64,000 nt of DNA from an uncultured Nitrospiraceae bacterium (GTDB taxonomy: Bacteria; Nitrospirota; Nitrospiria; Nitrospirales; Nitrospiraceae). Below, piece by piece: positions 40,519-50,640 of the stretch. The stretch's first letter is position 1, and each line of letters begins with the position of its first letter. Under the pieces are notes generated by a model. That model was not told where the DNA came from and did not search any database. It worked only from the letters and a program-made list of their open reading frames with translations. The stretch covers positions 1-64,000 of the forward strand of contig CAVSTP010000003.1 of the NCBI GenBank assembly GCA_963730935.1, written 5' to 3'. The position numbers and the translations under genes are program-made.

Positions 40519-40766
40519 GTCTTTTCAAGTGTTTCGAGCTGAAACCGCTACTCTCCCACGTGACCTGCCAGTGCCTGGTTGCAGATAGTTGCGGATTGGC
40601 CCTCCATTTTCGGATTTTCCACAGATCGAGTCTGTCCACGGCTTGCCGGTTTGATCCTGGAATCCAGGTGGAAGTGTCGAAGCGAGTGAGGGGGTAGCGA
40701 GCCCAGCCGTTGCCGCTTGTGGAGTAGAGTTGTTGCGCCATACTGCTACACTTTTCCACCCCCGCC

Positions 40767-41738
40767 TTGCGATTTCCTCAGTCCCCTTCTTACAATACGC
40801 CTCCCTACGAGGCTCCCTTGCCCTTCTTGATTCATTTCTATCGTCGCGCTACCGGAAAGATCACAAGCATTATACGCGAATGTTTTCACCGATTGGCGTT
40901 CAAGCTGTACCACATGAGGGCTCCCTCTCTACCGTTTGAAACCGTCCTGTATGTAGGGCATCTTTTCAAGTTCTTAGCGAATCACAAGAGACTTCCTATA
41001 AGACCAAACACATTATTTAACGACTTTCTGTTCAAGCTGTCATCCAGCCCTGAATTTGGGAGCCCCTTACGAACATTCATTACCGATAAAGAATTCGGAA
41101 AACTCTATATAGAAAAGAAGCTTGGCGCCGGCACCACTCCAGCCACTCTCTGTATTTTGCGGACGCCTGAGCAAGTTGACACTTACCTCCCGCCCACATA
41201 TCCGATCGTGATCAAACCCACACATAGCTTCGGCAGGATTGCCTTGGTGTTTGCGGAATCTGACTCTCATAAGGCAAAAACACAAATTAAAGATTGGCTT
41301 ATTCACGACTATTTCCTGGAATCCCTGGAGAGGAACTACGCGAAACTTGAAAAGAAAATCATCGTTGAACAATATATCGACGACACTTTCGCAATTGAAG
41401 GTTCAGTTCATTGCCTGAGGGGAGAACCGAGAATTATCAGCTTGATCGATCGAAAGACTAAAGAGCGCCAATCATTCGATGCAAACAAATCTCCATTAGG
41501 AGTGAGTTTGCAATATCCGTTGAAAGAATTCGAGCCAAAAGACTGGGGTTTCTTAAACAGCCTTTTGAAAAGCTCCAGAATTCTCTCAGGAGAATTCAGT
41601 TACATCAGAATAGACTTTTACACCGATGGTGAACGGGTTCTTTTTGGCGAATTGACTAACTTGCCCGCAGGCGGGATGGGAAAGTTTTTCCCCGCTGGCG
41701 GGGAAAAGAAATTTTCAAAAGTGTTTTTTAATTCTTAG
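40767..41738 (+). CDS. ATP-grasp TupA-like protein
   Basis: 'TDK', 'IKPTHSFG', 'KIIVEQYI', 'YIRIDFY', 'FGELT..P.GG'; AT-rich; start uncertain. Confidence 0.8.
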   Translation: MRFPQSPSYNTPPYEAPLPFLIHFYRRATGKITSIIRECFHRLAFKLYHMRAPSLPFETVLYVGHLFKFLANHKRLPIRPNTLFNDFLFKLSSSPEFGSPLRTFITDKEFGKLYIEKKLGAGTTPATLCILRTPEQVDTYLPPTYPIVIKPTHSFGRIALVFAESDSHKAKTQIKDWLIHDYFLESLERNYAKLEKKIIVEQYIDDTFAIEGSVHCLRGEPRIISLIDRKTKERQSFDANKSPLGVSLQYPLKEFEPKDWGFLNSLLKSSRILSGEFSYIRIDFYTDGERVLFGELTNLPAGGMGKFFPAGGEKKFSKVFFNS

Positions 41739-42477
41739 CAAAAACAAAATCTAACTCCCAATTGACTGTTAAAGTCTCAGTCTCCTTATTCAGTCCGAGA
41801 ATGTCCTCCACTTGAGACAATAAATTCTGCTTCGAAATGTTCGATAAGCCAAAAAACTTGCTCATCCAATTGAAGAGAACGTCTTCGTTCGCAAATACCC
41901 AAGGGCAAACTATCGTTTCTCGCTTGATGGTTGTGTATCCGGCAAGAGCGGCTACGCTGACAAAGTCTTCTTTTAAATAGTTTCCGGTGTGACCGGTTCC
42001 CGTATAATTGCCGACGAATTGATCGAGAAAGCGACTTGTGCGAGAGTTCTCTTTTACCTCGGACATGAGCAACCGCCCATGTGTTTTCAGTACTCTCCTT
42101 GTTGCGACAAGAAATTGTAGTTGTTCTGCATTGTCAAGATGATGAATGCCTGCAATGGTCAGAACTATATCAAAATACGCACTGGGAATATTTTTGAGAT
42201 TGTAGTCTGTCTTTACGATATTCCAGTTTTTCAAAGATTCTGGAACAACGAAATCAGCCAGCGTTATCTCCATGTTCGGGACAGATTGAATTTGCGTAAG
42301 CAAATTGCCTTCGAATGGTACGTTTAAAACTGTTTGGGTGCCCTGGAGATTCATCACATCGAATAAAGGCTTAATTTCCGTTGCGCGCGGGGAATTATCG
42401 TCCGCATACGCGTGAAGGAGCGCGCTGCCTTTACCAAAGCGATCTATGTAACTCGTGGGCATGCTAGGTTCTCCCAC
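41728..42477 (-). CDS. class I SAM-methyltransferase-like protein
   Basis: 'FDIVLTIAGIHHL', 'RRVLKTHGRL'; AT-rich. Confidence 0.65.
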   Translation of the reverse strand: MGEPSMPTSYIDRFGKGSALLHAYADDNSPRATEIKPLFDVMNLQGTQTVLNVPFEGNLLTQIQSVPNMEITLADFVVPESLKNWNIVKTDYNLKNIPSAYFDIVLTIAGIHHLDNAEQLQFLVATRRVLKTHGRLLMSEVKENSRTSRFLDQFVGNYTGTGHTGNYLKEDFVSVAALAGYTTIKRETIVCPWVFANEDVLFNWMSKFFGLSNISKQNLLSQVEDILGLNKETETLTVNWELDFVFAKN

Positions 42478-42834
42478 TGGCCTCTGGCTCTGAAGCTGTC
42501 ACATCCCAAAAACTCGCCCAAGGACAGGCGTTACCGTGTTGGTAGCCATATTGGATCCAGACCCATATTCGAGACAACACCCTAGAAGTGGGGTAGTGAG
42601 AGCACGCTCCTATGACCAATCGGCTTCGGCAAAGCCGTCGCAGATACCTTATCGCATTGTTTCGCCGCCAATAGTGCCCTACAGAAGAGGGGATAGCTGA
42701 ACCTGCGGGTTGACGTTGCAAATCGAGAGGATGTCCATACGGCTGCCAGGTGAGGGAAGATGCTGTATGCCGGTGCTCTGTCCGAGCGAGGCTGGCACGG
42801 ATACCATGTCTGAAAACTTATAAGAGGAGGAATC

Positions 42835-43260
42835 CATGCATCGGAGTTGCGATACATGGCACTATCGACGCTGGTCGGCACACTTCTCATCGGCACGACT
42901 GTCGCTAGCGCGGCAGGCGAAACAGAGGATCTTCCTACAGGACATTCGAAGTTCACCAGTGTGGTCACGAAGAAAGCGGGTGCGCTCGTGGTGACGACAC
43001 CGAACGGTGCGACGCATCAGCTCAACGAGAACATGGCGCGACGTCACGGGCAGAAGCCGTTCAAGGCGGGGGATGAAGTGGTCGTGGTGTTGGATGAGAA
43101 CAACTACATCGTCGATATGCATCTCAAAGGGAAGCAAGGAACACATCAACTGGTGACCGGCAAACTCATCCACGTCGGCATGCTAAAAAGGAGATCAAGC
43201 TCCAAACCGATGATGGCGAGAAAGATGTCCACCGAGCCGGCACCGGCAGTGGGAAGCACT
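42835..43260 (+). pseudogene. secreted beta-domain protein remnant, read through into the next gene in the ORF track
   Basis: Signal peptide and 'KAGDEVVVVLDENNYIVD'; sequence loses protein-like character after about 43190. Confidence 0.5.
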
Positions 43261-43293
43261 AATCAGAGGTCCGGTACAGAGCGAGAGGTTAAC

Positions 43294-43935
43294 ATGAAGA
43301 TTGCATTGATCGGAGCCACCGGGTTTGTCGGCTCGGCGATTTTGAAAGAAGCCTTGCATCGCGGCCATGAGGTCACGGCCATCGTCCGGCATCCGGAGAA
43401 GGTACAACCTTATCAGAAGCTGCGCCCTGTGAAAGGGGATGTGTATAACGCGGATGACGTGGCCCGGTTGATCACGGGCCATGATGCCGTTATCAGTGCC
43501 TTCAATCCTGGCTGGAGCAACACGGACATTTACAATCTTCAAGTCAAGGGTACCCAGGCCATCATCAGCGGGGTGAAGAAGGCCGGAATCACACGATTGT
43601 TGTTCGTGGGAGGCGCCGGCAGTCTGGAAGTGAAGCTGGGCGTTCAGGCCTTGGACCTGCCGGGATTTCCCGTCGAGTATAAACAAGGGGCGCTCGCAAC
43701 GCGGGAGGCTCTGAACATGCTGCGCAAAGAGTCCAGCCTGGATTGGTCTTTCCTCTCTCCTTCAGCCGACCTTTTCCCCGGCCAGCGCACTGGGAATTTC
43801 CGGCTCGGTACGGACCAACTGTTGAAAGATGAGAACGGCCAAAGCCGCATCTCGACACAGGACTATGCCATGGCCATGATCGATGAAGTCGAGCGGCCCG
43901 CGCATGTCCGTCAACGTTTTACCGTGGGGTATTGA
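43294..43935 (+). CDS. NAD(P)H-binding oxidoreductase (flavin reductase-like)
   Basis: Own RBS GAGAGG; 'MKIALIGATGFVG', 'VGGAGSL', 'RQRFTVGY'. Confidence 0.9.
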   Translation: MKIALIGATGFVGSAILKEALHRGHEVTAIVRHPEKVQPYQKLRPVKGDVYNADDVARLITGHDAVISAFNPGWSNTDIYNLQVKGTQAIISGVKKAGITRLLFVGGAGSLEVKLGVQALDLPGFPVEYKQGALATREALNMLRKESSLDWSFLSPSADLFPGQRTGNFRLGTDQLLKDENGQSRISTQDYAMAMIDEVERPAHVRQRFTVGY

Positions 43936-44062
43936 TCGATTCCTGCAGGGCAGGACACAGTCGATAGGCGTGAGATACCAAAAGGAGGGAGGAACGAGAG
44001 ATCGAATTGAGCTGGGTTATTGTGATGGAGAAGTTGACGTTCAAGAGGCTAAATAACAAGCG

Positions 44063-44347
44063 CTAAGACTTTGGGCTCTCCTCCTCTGGTCCAGACGGAC
44101 CCCAGAGATCGCCTAAGCCTAGGGATTCCCATAAGTCTTTTTCAGACTGAGGAGGGGCGCCCTCAAGAAAGCTGGCTAAGATCTTCGATTTGTAGGCTGC
44201 GGCGTGGGGCCTGCACTTCTTTACCGCATCTGCATATTCCTGTTTCGATATACGCAAGCGTTGAAGGAGAACCCCCTGAGCCAATAAGAGAGCGTGATGA
44301 ACCGAAAGCGTATGGGCCAGCCTCTCAATGAGCTTGCGATTTGTCAT
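44063..44347 (-). CDS. hypothetical protein
   Basis: 94-aa ORF with AGGAGG RBS. Confidence 0.5.
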   Translation of the reverse strand: MTNRKLIERLAHTLSVHHALLLAQGVLLQRLRISKQEYADAVKKCRPHAAAYKSKILASFLEGAPPQSEKDLWESLGLGDLWGPSGPEEESPKS

Positions 44348-44564
44348 GAGTGAACCTCCTTCGGAAATGATGTTCCCAAATCCCCATGAATCAGACAGAA
44401 ATTATAGGTCCAAAATTACAGGGCAACAGCGGCCGAACCAAACTAGCCAATTCAATACCTGCGTTCTCCGCTTGCACCTTAATCCTTACGGGGCTTAGAA
44501 TACACTATCTGCGAATAAGTGCGTAAATGGCTATTGTTGTAGAGATGATAAGGAGTCGAGGATT

Positions 44565-44912
44565 ATGGCTTTACTAATTACAGCTGAATGTATCAACTGC
44601 GGAGCCTGCCTGCCAGAATGCCCGAATGAGGCAATCTTCGAAAAGCGCAGTGACGCGGAGGAAAAAGGAAACCATGTGGGCGACGGCCAGGGCCCGGGAG
44701 ACGATATTTACGTCATTACGCATGACCGGTGCACAGAGTGTGTCGGACATTTTGACGAGCCTCAATGTACAGCGGTTTGCCCGGTCGATAATTGTTGTAT
44801 CTCTGATCCAGCCTATCCGGAGCCGACCGATGTTTTGCTAGAGAAAGCAAAGAAGCTCAATCCTGACAAGACCATCGACCCGGCAAAAGTTTGGAGCGGT
44901 GTACGGAACTAA
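44565..44912 (+). CDS. YfhL-type 2x[4Fe-4S] ferredoxin
   Basis: 'CINCGACLPECP', 'CTECVGHFDEPQCTAVCP'. Confidence 0.92.
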   Translation: MALLITAECINCGACLPECPNEAIFEKRSDAEEKGNHVGDGQGPGDDIYVITHDRCTECVGHFDEPQCTAVCPVDNCCISDPAYPEPTDVLLEKAKKLNPDKTIDPAKVWSGVRN

Positions 44913-44988
44913 TCGGTTCACCTTTGAAGAACTGCGAAACATCTTAACACGCCTACCTAGGGGTCTAATTCGTTAAGCTGTTGAAAGG

Positions 44989-45024
44989 AAACCGCAGCTC
45001 GTCCTTCTATCCGCTCGCTGGCTC
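44989..45024 (+). repeat. highly degenerate tRNA-Thr 3' half
   Basis: AAACCGCAGcTCGtCC-TTCtATCCG-cTCGCtGGCTC aligns to AAACCGCAGGTCGCCCGTTCAATCCGGGTCGCCGGCTC. Confidence 0.65.
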
Positions 45025-45066
45025 GCCACACTTGTTGCTCACCCGTCCTGAAAGGAAACTCGAGAG

Positions 45067-45789
45067 ATGATTTCAGAACTCAGAACGATGGGGGTGCGAG
45101 CCCATTTACAGCAAAGTGCCGGGTTGGCGCTAACGAGGAGAACGCAGCGCCTAATTCGCCGCGCATGCCTTGCGACGGTGTTGTTAATGTCGATCGCCAC
45201 CGTGGCTCAGCCGGTTCACGCAGCAAGCGGAGGTCAAACGAAGTTCCAGCGCGTGTCGACGCAGTTCATCGCGGCGTTGGGCGATCCAGGGGCGACCTCC
45301 GGGAGCGGCGCGCAATCCTGGGGTCTGTGGCCTCTGGACCCGGGTCCTCGGGGGGTCGAGTTGAACAGCTATAAACGGTTGAAGGATGCAGGTGGCGTCG
45401 CCCCGGCGCGATGGAAATTCGACGGCACGGATTGGTGGCTGGAGGAACATGGCTTGATCATGGAGCAGCCGACCTTTCCACTCCCTCCCGGCAAATACTT
45501 GGTCACGGGCGCCCGCGACGTGACGGCTGTACTGACCATTCATCCCCCCGACAAGAATGGCGCCAGGCGCTGGGAACTCGATAAGGGCGCGACGCTCTAC
45601 GACGTGACGCACCTGGCCTGCCGCTCCGCGCGCTATACACCGGCTGCGGTTGGTGGTTTGTGCTCTCCGGCAAACGCGCAGAAGACTGCGTTTCCAGTTG
45701 CGCCAGGGGGAACGATGCCTCCGGTCGAAGGCTGCACGAAGCAGGACTATGCGGTCCTAATCGTGATCGGCGTGGGCGTGGAAGACTGA
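45067..45789 (+). CDS. secreted hypothetical protein
   Basis: Signal-like segment ending 'VHA', Trp-rich 'WGLWPLDPGPRGV', 'WWLEEHGLIME'. Confidence 0.75.
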   Translation: MISELRTMGVRAHLQQSAGLALTRRTQRLIRRACLATVLLMSIATVAQPVHAASGGQTKFQRVSTQFIAALGDPGATSGSGAQSWGLWPLDPGPRGVELNSYKRLKDAGGVAPARWKFDGTDWWLEEHGLIMEQPTFPLPPGKYLVTGARDVTAVLTIHPPDKNGARRWELDKGATLYDVTHLACRSARYTPAAVGGLCSPANAQKTAFPVAPGGTMPPVEGCTKQDYAVLIVIGVGVED

Positions 45790-46214
45790 ACGCCGGTGAG
45801 GACGGACTACAAGGAACGCGACAAGGCCCTCACGGACAACACGACCAGATTAAACACATGGGCAGGGGATCTCTCTGAAACGTCGCTTGCTGTGTTGTTT
45901 CCACCTGAGGCGTGGTCTTTTTACGACTGCATTCGTGGCAAGAACGACATACACAGCTTCGAAAATTGTGTAGTCCCGCCCTTCGTAAGCCCGTCTATAT
46001 GACATTTTCCGTTTCAGACCATTCGTGGTACTGCGTTTGCTAAGTAATTATCTTAGTTTCCTTATTCTTATATCCAGAGAGGCTCTGATGTATCAGTTCC
46101 GAAGACAGGATACCGCATTGCAGGCAGCAAGACTTCTGGCGGTGTACGAGAGAGCACCAGTTCTAGTGATGGCTCGCGGTATTATAGCGCTGTATACCAT
46201 CGGTCCTTTAAATA

Positions 46215-46838
46215 ATGCGGCCGTTCATAAGGCCGGTCAACATATGGCTACGGTCTATCGTTCTGGGCGTGTCGACTATATGGGGTAACGTGATGTCCGT
46301 TCCCTTGTTGCTCTCACAAGTCAAAGAGCGAAAAACTCAAGGACGAACTCGGGTCGCTGCGCTGGTGAGCATGGCTCTTCTCACCTCCATGTTCTGGTTC
46401 CCTGCACCAACAGTAACTGCTTCCGAACCGCAAGATGTTTCACGTCATTTGTATGATCGTGTGATGGTCGAATTCAAGCAGGGCGACTATGAAGCGGCAT
46501 TGGCTGGCTTCAGGTTGTTTATCGAATTACATCGGAGATCCGCCTTGGCAGCGAACGCACAGTATTGGATTGGCGAATGCGAATACAGGCTGGGTCGCTA
46601 TAAAGCTGCCCTCAATTCTTTTTCCAATGTGAGCTCATATGACGCCCTGAGTCCCAAACTGGCTGCTTCGGCGTTTAAGATTGGGCAGATGTATTCTATG
46701 CTCGGCGATTACTATAGGGCACGCCTGACGTTCGATGAGGTTCTCGATCATTACCCTGGAGGCGCGGAAGCTGAGCTCGCTCGGAAGGCGATTCATAGCA
46801 TGAGCCTCCAGAGTGATTCCAAGCCTCGACGTTTTTGA
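46215..46838 (+). CDS. TPR protein, CpoB/YbgF C-terminal-like
   Basis: 'GDYEAALAGF..FI', 'LAANAQYWIGEC', 'YPGGAEA'. Confidence 0.8.
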   Translation: MRPFIRPVNIWLRSIVLGVSTIWGNVMSVPLLLSQVKERKTQGRTRVAALVSMALLTSMFWFPAPTVTASEPQDVSRHLYDRVMVEFKQGDYEAALAGFRLFIELHRRSALAANAQYWIGECEYRLGRYKAALNSFSNVSSYDALSPKLAASAFKIGQMYSMLGDYYRARLTFDEVLDHYPGGAEAELARKAIHSMSLQSDSKPRRF

Positions 46839-47004
46839 AAAACGTCACGCAGCACAAAGATCATCCTCCCTGCAGCCCTCCATCGGGAAGGATGGGCTGA
46901 AGGATGCAACCTATTTTGACTACTTCGTCACAGCCGGTTGGACCGACGTGGGCTGCACGGGCGCGGCCGAGCCTCTGCATGGTCCGTTGCCGTTCGTCCT
47001 CTTC

Positions 47005-47241
47005 TCAGAGGTCGGCGTTGATGTCGAAGAACGCGTCGACGCTTTCGAGCAGTCGCGCTTTGATTTCGTCCGGCGTGCCGTTAATGACGTGTAACGTCAT
47101 GTTTCCTTCCGATCCATCCGGCAGTGTCACGGACACATGCGGATGCGCCAGTTCGGGAGCGGTACCCTTATCCAGCCGCATGCCATAGCCCAGCGTATAT
47201 TGCGAATTGACGGGCGTAAGAGGTTCTGTGTGATTGGCCAT
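47005..47241 (-). CDS. small hypothetical protein downstream of iscU
   Basis: 78-aa ORF, RBS AAGGAG. Confidence 0.7.
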   Translation of the reverse strand: MANHTEPLTPVNSQYTLGYGMRLDKGTAPELAHPHVSVTLPDGSEGNMTLHVINGTPDEIKARLLESVDAFFDINADL

Positions 47242-47268
47242 GATGCTCCTTTTGCAATGGCATTGTGT

Positions 47269-47655
47269 TCAGACGGGTAACAACACGTTCTTTTCATAGT
47301 TTGCCAAGGCCATTTTGATCGCATCCTCGGCCAGTACCGAGCAATGAATCTTGACGGGCGGCAGATTCAGTTCCTGCACGATGTCGGTGTTCTTGATCTT
47401 GCCCGCTTCCTGGATTGTTTTCCCTTTCAGCCATTCCGTGGAGAGGCTCGAACTGGCGATGGCGGAGCCGCACCCGAAGGTTTTGAACTTCGCATCTACG
47501 ATCGTGCCGTTCTCCACTTTGATCTGCAGCTTCATGACGTCGCCGCACTCGGGCGCGCCGACGATACCCGTCCCCACTCCAGCCTCGTCCTTCTTAAAAC
47601 TTCCCATGTTGCGTGGGTTGTTGAAATGGTCCACCACTTTGTCGCTGTATGCCAT
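47269..47655 (-). CDS. iscU: Fe-S cluster scaffold protein
   Basis: 'MAYSDKVVDHFNNPRN', 'GAPECGDVM', 'FGCGSAIASSS', 'LPPVKIHC'. Confidence 0.95.
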   Translation of the reverse strand: MAYSDKVVDHFNNPRNMGSFKKDEAGVGTGIVGAPECGDVMKLQIKVENGTIVDAKFKTFGCGSAIASSSLSTEWLKGKTIQEAGKIKNTDIVQELNLPPVKIHCSVLAEDAIKMALANYEKNVLLPV

Positions 47656-47860
47656 GTTCCGACCCTCCTCCAATCTAAACCGTGGAAGTGAGAAAGTGAG
47701 TCGCTGGTGGATCGGGTCCGGCTCATGCCGTTCCGATCACCGCCAGCGCTGCGTCGCTCATGCACGCGGCGAGCTTGTATCGACCGTCTTCGGCGGTCTT
47801 GTCGTCCGCCCATCCGACGCCTTGCTTTCTGCTCTGTTAGCCGCAATCGCGACGGTGAAC

Positions 47861-48766
47861 CTACGCCTCTTGCAACACCGCCGCCTTCGCGGCTGCCTTC
47901 TTTTCTTTCGCTTTGGCGGCGAGGTCCGCCAACAGCGCCTTCGCGGGCTCGCTCACGTATTCCTTAAACGCAAACCGCTCGTTCGGTTTTTCGGAATCCC
48001 GCATTTCCTGCAGGCCTTCCATGCTGTCCTTACCGATCTCGAGGATGCATGGCGTATAGAGCTGGACGTAGGTCGGGCCGATTTCCCTTGCGATCAAGAC
48101 CGCATTGCGGATGACTTTCTCGACGACCGAGGGCTTGCTCACCGTACAATTCACGATGTAGTGACACCCGGACTCCCGCGCGATCTCAGGGAGGCGGACT
48201 TTATCGAAAAGTTTTCCGACGGGGGCCATTTTGGCTACGAATCCCTTCTGCATCAGGCCGCTTTCCTGCCCACCGGTGTTGGCGTACAACTCGTTGTCGA
48301 AGCAAATGGTCGTAAACTTTTCCTGGCGGAACCAGGCTTGGAGCGTCATGTCCAGGCCGATGTCCACGGTCGCGCCGTCTCCCGCCAGCACGACCACATC
48401 CTTGATGCGATTCGGAAAACGGACCGTCAAGGCCCGCTTCAGTCCGGAGGCCACCGCGTTCTGGTTGCCGAACAATGAATGGATATTGTGGATGGCGACA
48501 TGCGGAAAGACCAGGCTGGTGCAGCCCGTCGACCCGACCATGACCGTGTCTTCCGGGTTGGGAAGCGCGGCGAGGACATAGCGAAACGCCATGGACTCGG
48601 GACATCCGGCACAGAGCGAGTGCTGTTCAATGAGTTCCTTCGAGGTGCCGATATCTTTCCATCCCCGCTCTTCCTTGCCGTAGGTGGCATGGTTGACGAG
48701 GTCTTGATAATCCAACGGCATGATGTCGTAAAGATCCGGCGATATGGCAATGCGTTCCTTGCTCAT
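47861..48766 (-). CDS. porB: 2-oxoacid:ferredoxin oxidoreductase beta (TPP-binding) subunit, Nitrospira PorB-like
   Basis: 'CAGC', 'TGC', 'GDGATVDIG', 'DNELYANTGGQ', 'TPC'; por vs for assignment from recall. Confidence 0.8.
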   Translation of the reverse strand: MSKERIAISPDLYDIMPLDYQDLVNHATYGKEERGWKDIGTSKELIEQHSLCAGCPESMAFRYVLAALPNPEDTVMVGSTGCTSLVFPHVAIHNIHSLFGNQNAVASGLKRALTVRFPNRIKDVVVLAGDGATVDIGLDMTLQAWFRQEKFTTICFDNELYANTGGQESGLMQKGFVAKMAPVGKLFDKVRLPEIARESGCHYIVNCTVSKPSVVEKVIRNAVLIAREIGPTYVQLYTPCILEIGKDSMEGLQEMRDSEKPNERFAFKEYVSEPAKALLADLAAKAKEKKAAAKAAVLQEA

Positions 48767-49485
48767 GTTGTCTTCTCCTTCTAGTAGTCCGACTGCGCCA
48801 TTGCTGTGGCGATTGTACGAATGTGCTCTACCGCGACAGCATGTATGCCGCCACAAGTGCTCCTGACATGCACGCCATGAAGGCTGCCAGCCAGAGTTCC
48901 GGTGCCATGTGACGAAAAAAATCCATCTGCGACAACCTCGATCGACTCGCGTGCCGAAGGCACCTGTCCTCGCCAGAGGATGGCATGCGCCTCCTCCTCA
49001 GGCGAAAGAACAGCACGCGTCTTGAAACAATTCGGCGTAGAAGCGGCGGAGACCAGGAAATCAGTCGCGCAGGAGGGAAGATAAACGCGCGAGGGATAGG
49101 ACAGTCGGCGTGGCTCAATACGTCATAGGTTCACGCTAAGCGCTATAGACACAGGAGTCAAGCGCTATAAAGGGTAACTTGGAATAGGAGAATTCAACGA
49201 TTCTATGGGTCGACTATCCTGGGCCTCTATTATATAGCGCTTGACTCCCTGGCCCATTGCGCCCAAGGTTGTGCTGACGTGTAAGCTCCGTTGACTGTCC
49301 TATCCTCCCGCTTCCTCCTGCTTCCCAGCGAGACCGATTCCCCAGTCTCCGCCGTCTTTGCACACCGGTGCCCTGACTCGTTTGCCTGTCCGGTGTTCTG
49401 ATCCGCTGATGGAGGCGGTAAGGCTCCGGCCACTGCGTCAGAGGCTGTGCGATTTACGCTCGCATTCCATAGAGAGGAGTGAACC

Positions 49486-49653
49486 ATGCTCTACTATGCA
49501 CTGATCTTTCTGACAGTCGGTCTGATCACCGGCTCCTTGAATTACACCGGAATGGTTTCGTTAGCGGTCGAGATTCCGTTGGTGCTGTCATTGATCGGGA
49601 TCGTGTTGGTTGCGACATATCTGTTCAACGGACGCACCGCGCGGATTGCGTGA
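49486..49653 (+). CDS. DUF1328 (YtjA-like) small membrane protein (not in ORF track)
   Basis: MLYYALIFLTVGLITGSLNYTG...; RBS GAGGAG. Confidence 0.75.
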   Translation: MLYYALIFLTVGLITGSLNYTGMVSLAVEIPLVLSLIGIVLVATYLFNGRTARIA

Positions 49654-49732
49654 TGGGAAGTGTTTCTCAGGTCAATACTTGCACAGCAGTCCATTACACC
49701 ATGAACCACATGGCAACGTGAGGAGGTGCACG

Positions 49733-49969
49733 ATGGTTAGGGAAAAGGTTTCGAACCCAACAACGCCGGGATCGGCCGGCACATCCAGAGGCGGTCAGGA
49801 GGAGGAACAGTCGGGTCCGCCTTTCCAGATATCGAAGGCCGGATGGGATTACGAGCGCATTGCGCGGCGGGCCTACGAACTGTACCTGCAGAGAGGGCAG
49901 CAGGAAGGCGGGGAATTGGAAGATTGGGTGAAGGCAGAGCAGCAACTGGCCGGCGAAGCCGGCAAGTAA
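49733..49969 (+). CDS. DUF2934 protein
   Basis: 'ERIARRAYELYLQRG...EDWVKAE'; RBS AGGAGG. Confidence 0.85.
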   Translation: MVREKVSNPTTPGSAGTSRGGQEEEQSGPPFQISKAGWDYERIARRAYELYLQRGQQEGGELEDWVKAEQQLAGEAGK

Positions 49970-50024
49970 TCATATGAAGCGGTGATCGAATGGGAACTCC
50001 ATTCGACCCTAAAGGAGACGAGCC

Positions 50025-50504
50025 ATGAACACATTATTACGGTGGGACCCTACTAGAACTCGATGGAACCTTTTCAAAGATCACGATCGAGATGAATTGG
50101 AAAGCCGGTTGGCGGCGCTGCTTGCGACCAGGGAGCCGACGGGAAACGGGGCGAAAGAGGCCCTCACGGTTGCCCAGTGGTCGCCGCTGGTGGACATCAC
50201 GGAGGATGACAAGGAATACCTCATCAAAGCCGAGTTGCCGGACATGAAGAAAGAGGACGTGCGGCTCACAGTGGAAAATGGCGTCCTAGCGATCTCCGGC
50301 GAGCGGAAATTCGAGAAGGAAGAAAACGGCAGGAAATATCACCGCATCGAACGCGCCTACGGGAGCTTCGTGCGCAGCTTTTCCCTTTCGGAGGATGCGG
50401 ATGGGAGCAACGTGACCGCCAATTTCAAGGACGGCGTGCTCCAGGTGCATCTTCCCAAATCAGTCAAGGCGAAGCAGAAAACTGTGGAGATCAAGATTGG
50501 CTAG
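50025..50504 (+). CDS. Hsp20/alpha-crystallin small heat shock protein
   Basis: 'PLVDITE', 'AELP', 'ERAYGSFVRSF', 'FKDGVL.VHLPK'. Confidence 0.95.
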   Translation: MNTLLRWDPTRTRWNLFKDHDRDELESRLAALLATREPTGNGAKEALTVAQWSPLVDITEDDKEYLIKAELPDMKKEDVRLTVENGVLAISGERKFEKEENGRKYHRIERAYGSFVRSFSLSEDADGSNVTANFKDGVLQVHLPKSVKAKQKTVEIKIG

Positions 50505-50640
50505 TATTGCTGATTGGGGGCGTCGGAGAAGGCTTCGTACGCACATGCGACGATGGAGTCTTGCTGACGCTCCGCGCAGGGCCGACTGATGGATATTCAG
50601 AAGAACTGAGGCGTGGTAGTCGCCTCCGGAGGTCTTTTTC

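Noticed and set aside
42847..43935. 362-aa fusion of a secreted domain and an NAD(P)H-binding enzyme
   Set aside because: The oxidoreductase has its own RBS and ATG at 43294, and the linker looks like out-of-frame remnant sequence.
47351..48478. 375-aa plus-strand ORF
   Set aside because: Antisense to iscU and porB; no motifs.
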